From: Gekko japonicus
Lineage: Eukaryota
Assembly: GCF_001447785.1 (NCBI RefSeq)
Contig: NW_015164664.1
Coordinates: 526,274 to 590,273 of the forward strand
DNA: 64,000 nucleotides
Direction of reading: 5' to 3'
Position 1 is the stretch's first letter. The number at the start of each line of letters is the position of its first letter. Shown in pieces: positions 1 to 12,484 of this stretch. Both the position numbers and the translations under genes were made by a program. The notes beneath the pieces are model-generated. The model had not been told where the DNA came from. It ran no database searches and worked only from the letters and a program-made list of their open reading frames with translations.

Positions 1-430
1 CGCCCAACGGGTCCTTTCCCGGTGCGCGTCGCCCCGACGGGGCTTGGAGCCGCTTGGGGAAGCCCAAGGAAAGTGGCGTCCGCCCGGTCGCTTGGAGGCC
101 AGCCTGGGGCTGGAGGTGCGGCCTCTGCCCTCGCCCCGAGGAGCCGGGCTCCTCCCGTGTCTTTGCGTGGGTGTCTTCTGTAGGCTGGCAAGAAGGCTGA
201 GAGCGCAGGCAGAGGGTGCCTTCCCGGTGCCCCACTCAGAAGAGGGTCTCCTGAGGATGAGCTGTTGCGGCTTGAAAAGGGTCTTCCCCTGGCTTGCAGG
301 CATCTGGGAGCGCTCGATTTGGTGGTGCTGGTGTACAAGGTGGTGGTGGTGGGGGGTGGGGGTTGGCCAGAAGACTGGCAACTGGATAAAGGGCAGGGCT
401 GGAGGTGGGAGTTCTTCTCCGGCGGTGGAG
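1..430. promoter_or_regulatory. 3' edge of a CpG island, probably the NLGN3 promoter/intron 1 start
   Basis: High GC and dense CpG in the first ~250 nt versus CpG-poor downstream sequence; exon 1 itself not identified and may lie outside the window. Confidence 0.5.
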
Positions 431-1124
431 AAGACTGGGGCACTATGCCCATCGGTAGCTAGCAGAAGGGTACTTGGTCCCTGCCAGGGTCCGGGCATGG
501 GTGCTTGCCGCCTGGCCCTTGGAGGACTGGTTTCATAGAAGGGCCCTGCAGCTTCAGGGCTCCTTCCCATGGCAACATGACATTCCCACTAGGACTGGGG
601 GAGCTGCAACGTCCTCAGACAGGACCTGTGCCTGGAAGTTCGCGGCTGTGGTCAGGCACTTGGGTGTTGGATCTGCTTGAGCCTGTGGAGAGGATTGCTT
701 TGTTCTCCCCTAAAAAAAGGGAGGAAAGGCCAAGAGTAGCTCTGCTAGTGGCTCTTCTGCCTGGCCTGTTTTGCCACATGACGTGCCCAAAAATCTGATA
801 CTGTGCTCATGCTGATCTTGTCGCCGCACTCCTGATAAAGGGCTGGTCACTTGAATTGGATCCTCCACTTTTGTTTAGGATGAAAAGTGCTTCTTCAGCT
901 TGAAGGTATCTCTAAAAGCAAGGACCCTGCAGAAACACTTGCCTCGGGGAAGGGGATGCCCACCCCTGGCCTGGTTGGGCCTAACTGCAAGGGAAGGCTT
1001 GACTCTGCCTTCCCTTTGGAGCCCTGAATGCTCTTTGCAGCACCTGGGTGAGCCTGGGCCGGGTCAAGCCATTCTGCTGTCTCTGGGCCAGCATCTTTGT
1101 CTGAGTTTCCTTTGAGGGGACTTT

Positions 1125-1357
1125 CCAGTTTACAGAGGGGGCCAGATCTGAGTCCAGCAGCACCTCAGAGTCCAACAAGTTTTCGAGGTATAAGGTTTCA
1201 ACAGTCAACACTCTCTTCATCAGATATCAGATCTGAAGAAGGGAGCTTGGACTCTCAAAACCTCACACTCCCTAAATCTCGTTGAGTCTCTAAGGTGCTT
1301 CCAGACTCTAATCTAGCTGTTCTACTGCAGACCAACAAAGCTATCCTCTAAAACTAT
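1125..1357. mobile_element. Palindromic (head-to-head) Penelope-like element end remnant
   Basis: 1142-1225 is an imperfect reverse complement of 1231-1316; arms have the reptile Penelope-type terminal pattern CTGA(A/T)GAAG.GAG...GAAA.CTTATAC...TTGTTGG.CTCT.AGGTGCT. Confidence 0.7.
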
Positions 1358-1367
1358 CCAGTTACAG

Positions 1368-1570
1368 CGAGTGGCCCTTGGCTCAATGGTGGAGCCTCTG
1401 CTTGGCACCCGGAAGGTCCCAGGTTCAGTCCCCAGCATCTCCAGTTAAGAGGATCGAGTAGTAGGTGATGTGAAGGATCTCAACCTGTAGAGCTGCTGCC
1501 AGTTAGAGCAGACAATGCTGGCCTTGATAGCCGAATGTCCTACTATAAAGCAGCTTCATGCATTCATGTT
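1368..1570 (+). mobile_element. tRNA-derived squamate SINE
   Basis: Box A-like TGGCTCAATGG and box B-like GGTTCAGTCC; body and tail shared with 44508-44706. Confidence 0.75.
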
Positions 1571-4500
1571 CAAAGAGTTCTTCCCCCTGAACGAAGCAGA
1601 TAAGGGAAGGAACACCTACTGCCACTCCAGGCCTATAGGGTGGCAAGTTCTGGGATGAAGGGAGGACTGGGTGTGTTCTCCCCCTTGAGGGTTTTCTCAC
1701 CTGCATCCCCTCATGGAATGCAGAGTTGTACAGACAGTGGGGAAGGGCCACAGTTACCTTCACGCCTTGAAGCTTGTTATCCCAGGAGTATCAGGAAGGG
1801 TGGGGGTATGTGAAAATTTGTGATTTCCCCCCTAACTGGGCTGGGCCGTTGACATTTCCCAGGAACTCCAATGGCTCATTAAGGAGAAAAAATTAGTGTA
1901 AAGTTGGGGCAGTACCCTTGAGTGGGTGTAGGGGTGAGTTTTGTGGTATAAAATCTTCCATGGAAGCAAACAGTCCAAACAAGCAAGAACCAGGAGGCAT
2001 CTGGTTGGTAGCAGGAAGGCAGTTGTAGACTTTTTCAGATATTTGTTTGGCTGAGAGGCAGTTGAGGCTGAGCATTGGGTAGGAGGGAGCAGACGTGTCC
2101 ATACCACCACTAATTATGCTGGTGACATCTCCCATGTCCTGCATTCAAGCCCTGCCAGCCAGTGATCCATTTGACGTAAAAGAGGGCTCAGCCCATCCTG
2201 AGTGAAAACTATGCTCTGCAGTTGGGCATCTCCATAGCCAACTCACTGGCTTGTCACCCATGGTGAGCGTAAATCAGCTCCAGGAGACCAGGGGGTAAAG
2301 CACTTTTAAACAGAAAAGGCTTGTTTATGTTTGTGTTCTTTCTTTTGTCCTTTTAACAAGGCTCAAACAGGTGATGTAAGCAAACCGGTACACATTTTTA
2401 TGGTCATGTAACTTTGTAGTCTTCACTGTCAAACTAGATGGGTTCCTCCCAAGGTTTTTAACAGGCCAGTGTCAGCCACACAGAGCCTCATTTAGAATGA
2501 GGCAGCATGGAGAGGAAAGAGGGACTTGAACCCCCCCCACACACACACACAGTTTCACTGAACCCCTTCCCCAGGGCTGTAATTAGTCTTAAAAGGGGGG
2601 AGAGACAAACAGCCTGTCTTTTCCCTTTTACTGGATAATTATAGTAAAAGGGCACTTTCAATCAGCAAAACAACACAAGAGGAATGTTGTCCCCCTTCCC
2701 CCCCCCCTGCATGGCACTGATCCAAATCAGGTCCCCCTGAGGCCTGTATTAGCATTTGAAGGTCCCCAGGAGGATTCAGCCACTGATCTCCAAGCATCTC
2801 GCTTAGTTAGACTTTTATTTGAAAGGTTTCCAGTTGCCTGGAATTCCTCCTGCCCTCCCCCCAAACATTAGGCGTTGGCAGTGTATTCTCAGGGACGAAG
2901 GAAAGGCTCAGATGTATTCCCGTCCTCTTTACTACTTGCCACGTTCTACAACAGACATTAAGTTCCAGCAGCCAAGTGGTGCCTCTCAGATGCAGATCCA
3001 GACTCCCTCTGTGGATGGGGTATCTGCTGGTGTCCCGTGCCAGCTGTAGTTTTGGCCGTGCCTCCCATTGTGTGGTCAGGGAAACAGAGGCTTCTCTGGA
3101 GAGTCACAGCCAGATCCTTGTATTGGCCAATGGCACAGGCATGCTGGTGCCATGAGCTCTCCTGAGGCGGCCAGGTGAGCCCACTGGACCTTTCCAACAG
3201 GCTTGCCTGGCTTCCACCTTTCCCTTATTGCCTTCCTCCACTGGCCACAGCAGTGGCTGGCAGGGTGAGCAACAAGGGCAAAGGTGAGAGCTCAGAGAGG
3301 GTCTGATGTGTCTCTTGTTGGGGCTCAATGTCTCTGCTTCCCCATGGGATGGTGGCATTGTGGGAAGAGATGAGTCTGGGGCTGGAGCCACCATGTGCAT
3401 GGGAGTGTCTGAAGCCTGTAGCAGGAACCGGTCACAGACTGATTGCAGGCTTCTATTCTAGCCCTTTTGCTATCTGAACTGGTATGTACCAAGAAGGGCT
3501 ATCGAGGCCAGTTTAAATGTCTGATGGCTGGGTAAAGTGAGCAGTACTATTCCTCTCTTGGGCTTGCTCTTCCTGGCTGCTGACCAGGGCCATGGCCTGC
3601 ATGGCTGTGGAGCATTCAGCCTGAGAGCTTAGCTTATCTCTTTGCCTCAGAAGGGGGAGGACTGGTCGATGTGCTGCAACGCACCCATGCGGAGGCCCCT
3701 TTAAATTGCTCCATGTGGCAGCTGCTGTGTGCAGCAGCCAGGGCGTGCGCTCCAAAAGACAAGCTTCTGCAGAAAGCTACCCTATGGGCACACAAATGGC
3801 ACTCCGCAGGAATGTTGCTATGGCATTAGCAAGCCTGAGTGGTGTACGAACTTGTTATGTACCCTTTAGCCAAACTACACTCTCTCTCTGTCCCTCAGCC
3901 TCAGTTTCCTATCTGCAGTGCTGTCCTACTCTGTAGGGGTGGCGCAGGGATTAAAGAAATATTTGGACATGAAGAATGTGCTGTATGCATGCTAAGTAGA
4001 AGTGGTTTAAACTAACCTGGACATACTGGACATACCGTAATAAATAAACCAGGCCTTATATGAAAAAAGGGGAAAGCTGGCTAGGTACATTCATGTTCCG
4101 TATGATAAAAAGTCACAGATCTCTCTGAGTCATACACATATATGCATGCATGCACACTAAATCTGTTTACTTACGTTCTATATAAACCCGCTTGTTAGCA
4201 TGTCTGTCCCGCTACTAGGATTCTGGCAGAGTTTGGAATAAAATGATGAGGAGTGATGTGGAGACTGAAGGAGAGACATGGACTGTGGAACAGCACCACT
4301 GTGTGAGATGTAAAACATGACTGGAAGCCATCAGGGAAGTGAAGGGGGTTCTGTATGGCAAGCAACACCCACACTTTGAATTTGGGGACCTTCGGGCAGA
4401 TGCTTTTAAATGTAATGCCAAAAACAAGTTGTTTGGGCTGCAGGGGGTGGCATTAAATTTGAGAGGCTGGTGAATTCTGCGCCAGGTTTCATTTGAGATG

Positions 4501-7500
4501 TTGCCAGGGCCAGAGTCCTTGCTATATCGTTAATCTGGTAACTGGGTGATAGCTCAGGGCTGGTCTGCACATGCCTGTACTTCCCCTTGATGACTCTCAG
4601 TGGGCTGTGTTGGTTGGTGTGGGGCCTGAACTATGAATCCGTGCAGCAGGGACTCATCGTGTCCCTCTCTGGAAATTTGCCAGAGGAGGTTCCTGCTGGC
4701 TTGCTCATTGTTGCTCTTTAGCACCATCACTGTAGATGGCTGAATGTGGTATTGCAGCTACCAGCTCAGCAGTGGTCAGGTGACTCAAGGGGGCTAACAG
4801 GGACCCATCTAGTCATATAAAGCTGTTTACTTTAGCTTGGCTCCTCAGTCCGAGAACTTTGTCACTTGGAGTGTCTGTGCTGCGTCTCATTCTCTGCAGA
4901 TCACAAGTCCTGATGGTTGACATGGAAGCTTTATATTTGATGTTTGGGGTGAGATGGGCCATTCGCATGTGGCAGTAATCACTTGGTTGTTGCTGCCATT
5001 GAGACATGAACATGCAATGTGTGAACTCTCCCTATGTCCCTGCATATGTGAAGGCTGTGAACATAGAGCTTATTCACAGATAGTAGTCATTTGCTTATTT
5101 CCTTCCATCCCCTTCATTCACCTGTGTGGTTGAGTCGTACATGCAGCTGGGATGCTGCAGCAACAAATTGTCTGGATGTTGGTGCTTATAGCAGACTCTG
5201 GGCAAGAGGGCTGGAAAAGGAAAAGGAGCCACCATTGGTGACATGGGAAGGAGCCTTTGGCTGGACTTAGTTCCATGTTGATGATGGTGATTCGACTGGA
5301 GTGAAGGCTCTTCTCGTGTTTGAAATGAACATGCAAAAACCCACCTGAGTGGGGGCCTGAGGCTGGCAGCTGTCCAGATGTCAGAGAGAGTTGCCTTGGT
5401 TCAGAAGAGCAAGTGGGGTTGGCATCTTCAAGGCACGAGAAAAGGCTGGCATAGGCACCAGGGGAATGAGCCTTCACTGCATCTAGGGGCCAGTTTGCCC
5501 GTTATTTTTGCCAGTAGTATTTGGGCATGTGCACTCCCTGCCTCATCCTTCATTGTGCAGCATTGTGTAGGGTTCCCATGTCCATATGAACCTGCATCTG
5601 CAACACAGAACCTGTAGCGGTTTGGAGAGAGGGTGAGAGAAAAGGAGCCAGAATGGCAAAAGCCATGACCCTACAGATCTGTGCTTTTGGTAAGGCACTC
5701 AAGGATGGCGGATGGAGGGTTCCCAGGACAATGATGTCTTCTCAGATTCCAAGGTGACTTTGCCCACCCTGGCAGCCTATGTGTGTCTTGGCCTGGCAAG
5801 GCTATAAAATGTGCCAGCTCAGTCTTGCTTTTGCTTTGGCGGTGGTCATTTTGGACTTTGTCCATGTTGCCTGGCTCTCATTGTTCTGTCTGCTGGATAC
5901 CCCTTGGGCCCTAATTCGAAAGACTGATACTTCCTACTCTCCATTTGATTGGATTTCTGGGCTATAGCCTAGCATCACAATAGGAAGGCAGGGAAGGGGG
6001 GAGTCCTCTGCACTCCCAGAGCTCTTCACTTTCTGTGAGACGACCTTGGCAGAAAGAGATTGCCCTGCACCCTTCCCTACTGTAAGGCTTGGGGATGGGT
6101 CAATACTGGCTTTTGCAGGTTTGACCAAGGGGCTGTGCAGGGACAGGAAACTTCCAGGGAGCAATCATTGCTGTGTAAAGTGAGAGCAGAAGATGGGATC
6201 AGGAGATGGGAAGTTGTTAGCCCTGGTCTGTGATGACTTTGTCCCCTGCCTTGAATATGAAGGAGAAAGCAGTCCTGAAAACCTTTGTTCATGCATTGGT
6301 GCCCCCTTGGCAGGTCAGCTGAGGCCAAGACATGTTTGTGGTCCTGAACTGCAGTTGGTGGGTGTGCAAGGGGAGTGGGCACAGGTGGCCAGAAGATCAG
6401 GCTGACAGTAGAGGTAGGCAGGAAACATGCAGACAGGTTCCTCTTGGGAAGGTGCAATGCCAGTTCCCTTGGCTCACCTGTGTTTCATTTAAGGTCACAC
6501 AAGTTTAAAATTCAATTTGTAGACAACCTACGGCTGGTGAGGAACAGGACTCATGCTGAGACTCTTAGATGAAATCTGGGCAGGTTGCTTTGCTGCATGC
6601 ACAATGCCATTTGCCTGGCTGCCTACCTGCCAGCTGGCTGAACAACCCCAAGAGAGCCTTACGTCACGCAGGAGCAGGAGCTTCCACAGGAAGCCACTGG
6701 GAAGGTTCCTTTGAGAACCTAGATTGACCAGAAGCTCTCAGTCCTGATTCCATGTCTGTCCAGCCGAGACCTTAACATGTATACACCTCTTGTCCAAGGT
6801 CATACATGAGGACGATTGAGCGGTTGCCTCCCCCCAGGTTCTGGAAGGTGAAGGCACTGGATTTGAGCCTCAGAGTTCTGGAGTCTGAAAATGGTTCTTT
6901 GCCGACTCTCCCCACATCATTAGGGGCCTCTGTGGTGTTTTAACCCTCCTCAACTGGCAAGAGCTTGGAAACCACAGTTGGTGTTCTCCGTGATCCTTTG
7001 TATGGCAAATCTTTTAGGAACCTTGCAAGATTCTCCCTCCTGCTCAGTGGGTTGATCACGTTTCATAAGCAAGAGGGAATGTGCAAGGTAGTATGTAGTG
7101 CTGCCATATGGAAGCCTTTTCTCCAGTACTTCTAGGGGCTGGGGCTCCAGCTTTAGTAATCTGTGGCATCTCTTTGCCTATTTCTGAAATTTAGCAGGAA
7201 CAGAATATATTATACAAAGCAAGTAAATGCAAAGATGCCTGATTTGCATGATTCATGCCAGCCACAGAAATGCTAATTCTCTTGGTACAAAATATGGATT
7301 GGGGTGATGGTGGTTAACGAAACACACACCAGCGCTACACGACCTCTTCTCCTATACAGAGACTCACAGAGCTTCCTTTGTGTTTTCTGGGGCAGACAAG
7401 ATGGTGTGGTGCTGAAAGGACAGCTACCACCTGTTCACTATGCAGGGAAGCCGAACCTTAGCACAGCAGCTCCTGAGCTTTTCAACTAAATGCCTAGTAT

Positions 7501-8872
7501 GTTATTGTAGGCAGCGGTTCAGGCAGTATAAGCTTGTGTCTGGGCTCTGGCTGTTCAGATTGCTAGTGGGTGGGGTACACATGACTGAACTCTTCGTCAG
7601 ACCCCTCCCAGATAGAAAAGTAGAGTGTCAGGGAGAAGACCAGATCGGAACCCTCCTTCTTGACATCCTACTTTTCTATTTTAGGGGAGAGGGGTTACAT
7701 GGATGAAGCAGCATACATTTATGGGAGTGCCCATCTGAAGTCTGAGATGGTGCAACTCAGACCAGAGGTTGAGCATCTCACCCGTTGTTTGTGAGAATTT
7801 GCCCATAGTCTCCATAGGAATTGAGGGTGGATTGCGTGGAATGCTATTTACAGCCATAAAGACAATGTGGCAGTATGAGTAATTATTTTTTTTCTTTAAT
7901 TGGGCACAATATGGCTCTGGTTTTCTAATATGGCTCCAGCAGTGATGCATGCAGTGCTCACTCCTCCAAATCTGTGACGGTATCCATCCTAGGTGCAGAT
8001 GGATGTAAGCTGGACTGAAAGTTATCTTGGAGCAGGTACAGAGTGAATCATACCCTTGGCTGCTGGGTGGTTGTCCTAATAAAATTTCCTCTTGGCTAGA
8101 CTTGGTAGATGTATTTTGTGGTGCGCTCAAGGTTTAACAATTCCCTTCCCTTCTCTGGTGACTTAGCTGAGCAATTCTGAACTTTTCATTGTGTTCTCTT
8201 ATGGGAGACTGTCATGCACTCGTTCATTTGAGTCGACTCTGTCGTGTAGCCCTGTGGGCTTTTTGCTTGTGCCTGCTTTCTGCTTCTTCCACTTGCAGTC
8301 TGGGTTCTGTGGATTAATCCTGGGATGGAGCAGGGGCAGTGAAGAAGGAAGCACTGGCGACATAATCCTGCCTAGGATGGTAGAACCCTCCAAGGGTGTT
8401 GTGTTGTGACTCTTTACTCTGCAGACCCTGAGGGCTAGAAACTTGCTTTTCTGTTTGAAAACTGAGTATCCCAGGTGCTTGTGCTTATTTTTAGAACACT
8501 GCTATTGGCTGCCTCATGATGCTCCAGGAAGAGCTTTATGTTGCTTAGATATTCCCAGATAAATTTTTGTCTGAAAAGGGGGATTAGAGGTACTGCTGCA
8601 GTTGCTTCTTGGAAATTGTTTATTTCTTTGCATGATGTTGCATCTTTGGCTCAGAGGAGGAAGGAGGAGTACATTTTTTCCCGAGAAATGTATTTTCTGC
8701 CCATTGACAGATGCTGGCATGGGAGCTGGTTGGGCTCCCAGTGTCTCTGAGAAAATGGTGGGTTCTTACCTACCATCCTGCAATGCGCTCTCCCCAGTCT
8801 GTGCAGCAGACCTGTCTGAAGTACTGGGACAGAGCCCTGATCGACTCTGCTTCTTAACACATCATCCCACAG

Positions 8873-9105
8873 CAATGTTCCCTCTAAGCTGAGTTAGTGT
8901 GAGCTAGCTCATGGGTTTTTTTTGTTTTTTTTAATGTGAATCTCTTCTTTTGAGCCTCTGGCTCACACATTTTTGTCTTAGGAGGGATGGCTCCAGAGAA
9001 AACCATTTTATGCAGTAGACAAATCACCTGCTCACAACTTTAATGCCAGTAACTCACAAAGTAGAATTTTTGCTCACAAGACTCCATAGCTTAGAGGGAA
9101 CATTG
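8873..9105. mobile_element. hAT-type MITE family 1, copy A
   Basis: Perfect 18-bp TIR CAATGTTCCCTCTAAGCT; 8-bp TSD tcccacag/tcccccag. Confidence 0.85.
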
Positions 9106-12100
9106 TCCCCCAGAGGAGGTGGGACCTGCTTTCTGGAGGCTCTGGCCATGCATGCCTCAGGCTAGAATGTCAGCAGTGCAATCATCATTGGGGGACAAAG
9201 AAGGTTTTTCCTGAGGGCAGAGCCTGGACGTGTTGCTGGTTGCCCTGCGCAGTATTGCTTTCATCCAGCTCTTTGGCTTGAGGCAGGCTGTGTCCCTGGG
9301 GGCCATGCTGATGTCTGGCATTGATTGCCACCCTCCATTGATTGTACAGCCCTCCTCAGGGTCTGGCTGTTCATTGGGCAGACCTAGGGGATCCCCTAGG
9401 GCACCAGAGGTGAAGGGGTGCCCAAATCAGCCTCGTGGCTGCCCTGTCCACCCACAGTGTCAGGGTTTGCCATGGCAGACAGCAGCGCCCCCCAGTCCCA
9501 ACAGGCAGCCCACTGCAAGCCTGCTCCTTCTCCCTTCATCGGGTGTGTGGGCTTGGGCACTTTGCCAGTGCCTCCCGATCCACCCCGGTAGGGAGTCGTG
9601 GCTCTGCAGCAAGCCCTGGCCCCAGTGAAGGCAGGTGGTGTGAGCAAGTGGGGGTGGCTTCCCTGCAGTGTGGGGAGGGAGGGGGTGTGGGGGCTTCCCT
9701 GCAGCACTGGGTGTGTGTGTGGCAAAGTCATATTTGCCCAGGGTGCCAAAAATCCTCGGGATGGTCCTGGCTGTCCTGCTCACTCCCCACCCTGTATTTC
9801 CCAGGCGGGCTTGGTGCAGGGTCTCCAGGATTGCTCTAGGGAGGGAGAGCCCCTCTGGCTGCCCCGAGCCGCAGGTCCTTTGCCAATGCCATGTCGAGGC
9901 AGCTCTTCTGCAAGCCACCCAAGGAGAGAGGAGAGGGCCGCCACGGTGTGACACTTACACGTGTGGGAGATCATCTTTGTCACTTTGTCTTGAGCCAGGA
10001 TCATGTCCGAGGTGGGCTTTTCCCGAGCAACCCCTTTGCAGACCATTCAGGATGTCAACCACCCGGCTGAAGCAGAGAGGGAGTCCTCCGTGTGCCTGTA
10101 GCTGCTACCCATCCCAGGCTTGTTCCTGGCAGGGCCTGGCGCTGTGGCAGAGGAGCAGCTGCTCAGTGTGTGCCAGTGCCAAGGCTTGGAGACAAGGGCA
10201 GGATTCTCTGCAATCCTGCCTCGTGGAGCTGAGAGAAGCCAGAGGAATGCCCTGTCGCTGCCACCAAGAAGGGACCGTTTGCATTCATCCGGCAGTACGA
10301 CACGGGGCCTGAGGCAGGGGTCTCATGTGAGAAAGGCAAAAACATGTTTGTTCCAGAAAGCCTTTGAGGATTTTAAAGACCTGAGTGGGTGCAAATGGGG
10401 TTTTGATGGGACGTTTTTGTAATGGCAGCATGGGATAGTGCTTAGAGTGTTGGAGTAGGATCTGGGAGACCCAGGTTCAAAGTGAATTCTGCAGCTTTAG
10501 CAGGAGAAGCAAGCCCTCTCCCTTGAACTGCATTCACCCATTGATGTTACACATATCTTTGGGTAACCACTTTGAATTTGTTTTTGTTTTTTGCTTAGAC
10601 ACTTATGCCCCACTTTCCTCCCTAATAGGGACCCAAAGCAGCTTACAACATTGTCCTCCTCGCCTTCATTTTATCCTCACAACAACCCTGCGAGGTAGGT
10701 TAGGCTGAGAGAGAGTAACTGGCCCAAGGTCACCCAGTGGATGTCTGTAGCAGAGCAGAGATTCAGAGCCAGGCCTCCCTGATCCCAGCCCAACAGCTAT
10801 ACCCTACAGTCTCCATTTTTCTTTGGAAAAAGAGGGGCAGGATATAAATATAATGAATAAACAAAATAATTGTTTCCTGAAGGCTGTTTTCCACTGTGGC
10901 CAGTTCTGGCAACGGGGCGCATAGTTTCATACAAATGGTTGGCAATGTTTACATTTGCAGCCTGCTGCTTTTTTAATGTAAAAACATGAGATCCAAAGGA
11001 GACTTATTCCTGGGCACGTCACTTTAGCCATCGTGAGCTCACCCATGATCTGGGACTCAGCTTTCTTTTCCATAGGCCATTCTGTGCCTGAGTGAACCTG
11101 AAGTGGCCCTCCTTAACTGGCCGTCTTTCTTGGGAATCCCTCAAATTAATGTGAGCCCAGAAGAAGGGAGTTCCCGCCTTGAGCAGCCCAGGGAAAACTT
11201 GAGCTTGGTTGCTCTTTTCAGCTGTAGCTGAGGAGTAAAATCATACATTCTAATCCTGCATGTCCACCAAGGAGCTCAGAGTGGAATACGCGGTTCCTCC
11301 CTCCCTGTGTTTACCTTCACAACAGCCCTGTGAGGTAGGTTAGTTTGAGAGTGACTGACCCAAGGTCATGGCAGTGGGTTTCATGGCTGAGTGGGGATTT
11401 GTCTCCTCATTTCTACCTGAACATCATAAGACCACACTAGGTTGTACCTGGTGCCATGTGGGACTAGGAGGCACATGAAAGCATGGGTGCTCCTACTGGA
11501 ATTATATGCAGTGAGAAGTTAATTCTGAAACATTAAGGAAAAGCAGCATTAAAAGAGGAACATCCTTCTGTGGTTTATCAACTCCTGCTGCCAAGATATT
11601 AATCAAAGGGCTGGCTTGAACAGCCGGTTCTTCTTGCAAGGGGCCGTCACAGTCAACCTCTTCCTCCCCACCCCACCCCTTCGGATACTAAGTAATGACT
11701 GTGGAGTAGTAAAATTTGCAGATGGTGCCACATTTTAGGGCTTCTCCCGACGCTGTGGTTTCTTGGAGTAGACGGTGCAGCCATCACTAACCCACCCAGA
11801 CGACATAGTCTCATTGTCGGGAAATGACTTTTCCTGCACACTCAAACCGCGAAATGTAGTTTGCTGGGAAAGAGGAAGTCTAGCTCAGTTAGTGGAACAA
11901 TCACTGGTCTTGTGCTGCCTGGTGTGTCCTGCTGGCCCAGCTCCCTTTCCCTTGGCTGGAGTCGCCTGCTGGCATCTTGTGGCTCATCACCCTTTCTGCC
12001 TCCACACTCTTAACTGTGTCCAGACTTCTAGTTGCAGCTCGGAGCCAAAGGTGGGCCCCTGGGAGGTCTTTCTAGGAAAAGGTGCCCGCCAGTGTGAGGG

Positions 12101-12265
12101 TTTGATACTGCTGCCGCCACTTAGCTGGGGCCGCGCCATTTGGATGGGCCCAAATGCTGTGCGTCTTGTGAGAATTCTGGGAAGTGATACGGTGCGCTCG
12201 GTGCTCTCTCAGCCCTCTGTTTGGAAGCACTCTGGGCTTCTCTGGCCAACCTTATGGCAGCAGAG

Positions 12266-12484
12266 TTGGGTTGCCAACTCTGGGTTGGGAAATACTTGGA
12301 GATTTTGGAGGTGGAGCCCAAGGAGGACAAGTTTGGGGGAGGGGAAGGACTTCGGTGGGATATAATGCTGTAGATTTCCCCTTCCAAAGTGGCCATTTTC
12401 TCCTGGTGAGCTGATTTCTGTCACCTGGAGATCAGTTGTAATAGCGGGAGATCTCCTGTCACCACCTTGAGGCTGGCAACCCTA
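12266..12484. mobile_element. hAT-type MITE family 2 (TAGGGTTGCCA termini)
   Basis: TTGGGTTGCCA...TGGCAACCCTA; TSD cagcagag/cagtagaa; body shared with the 28669 and 47282 copies. Confidence 0.75.

Noticed and set aside
4899-4948. Possible small 5' UTR exon (ctctgcAG...GG|GTGAGA)
   Set aside because: Splice-like pairs of this quality occur by chance; no additional support
9230-10422. Cluster of overlapping 100-214 aa ORFs
   Set aside because: GC-rich intronic DNA; no domain, no splice structure, random-like composition
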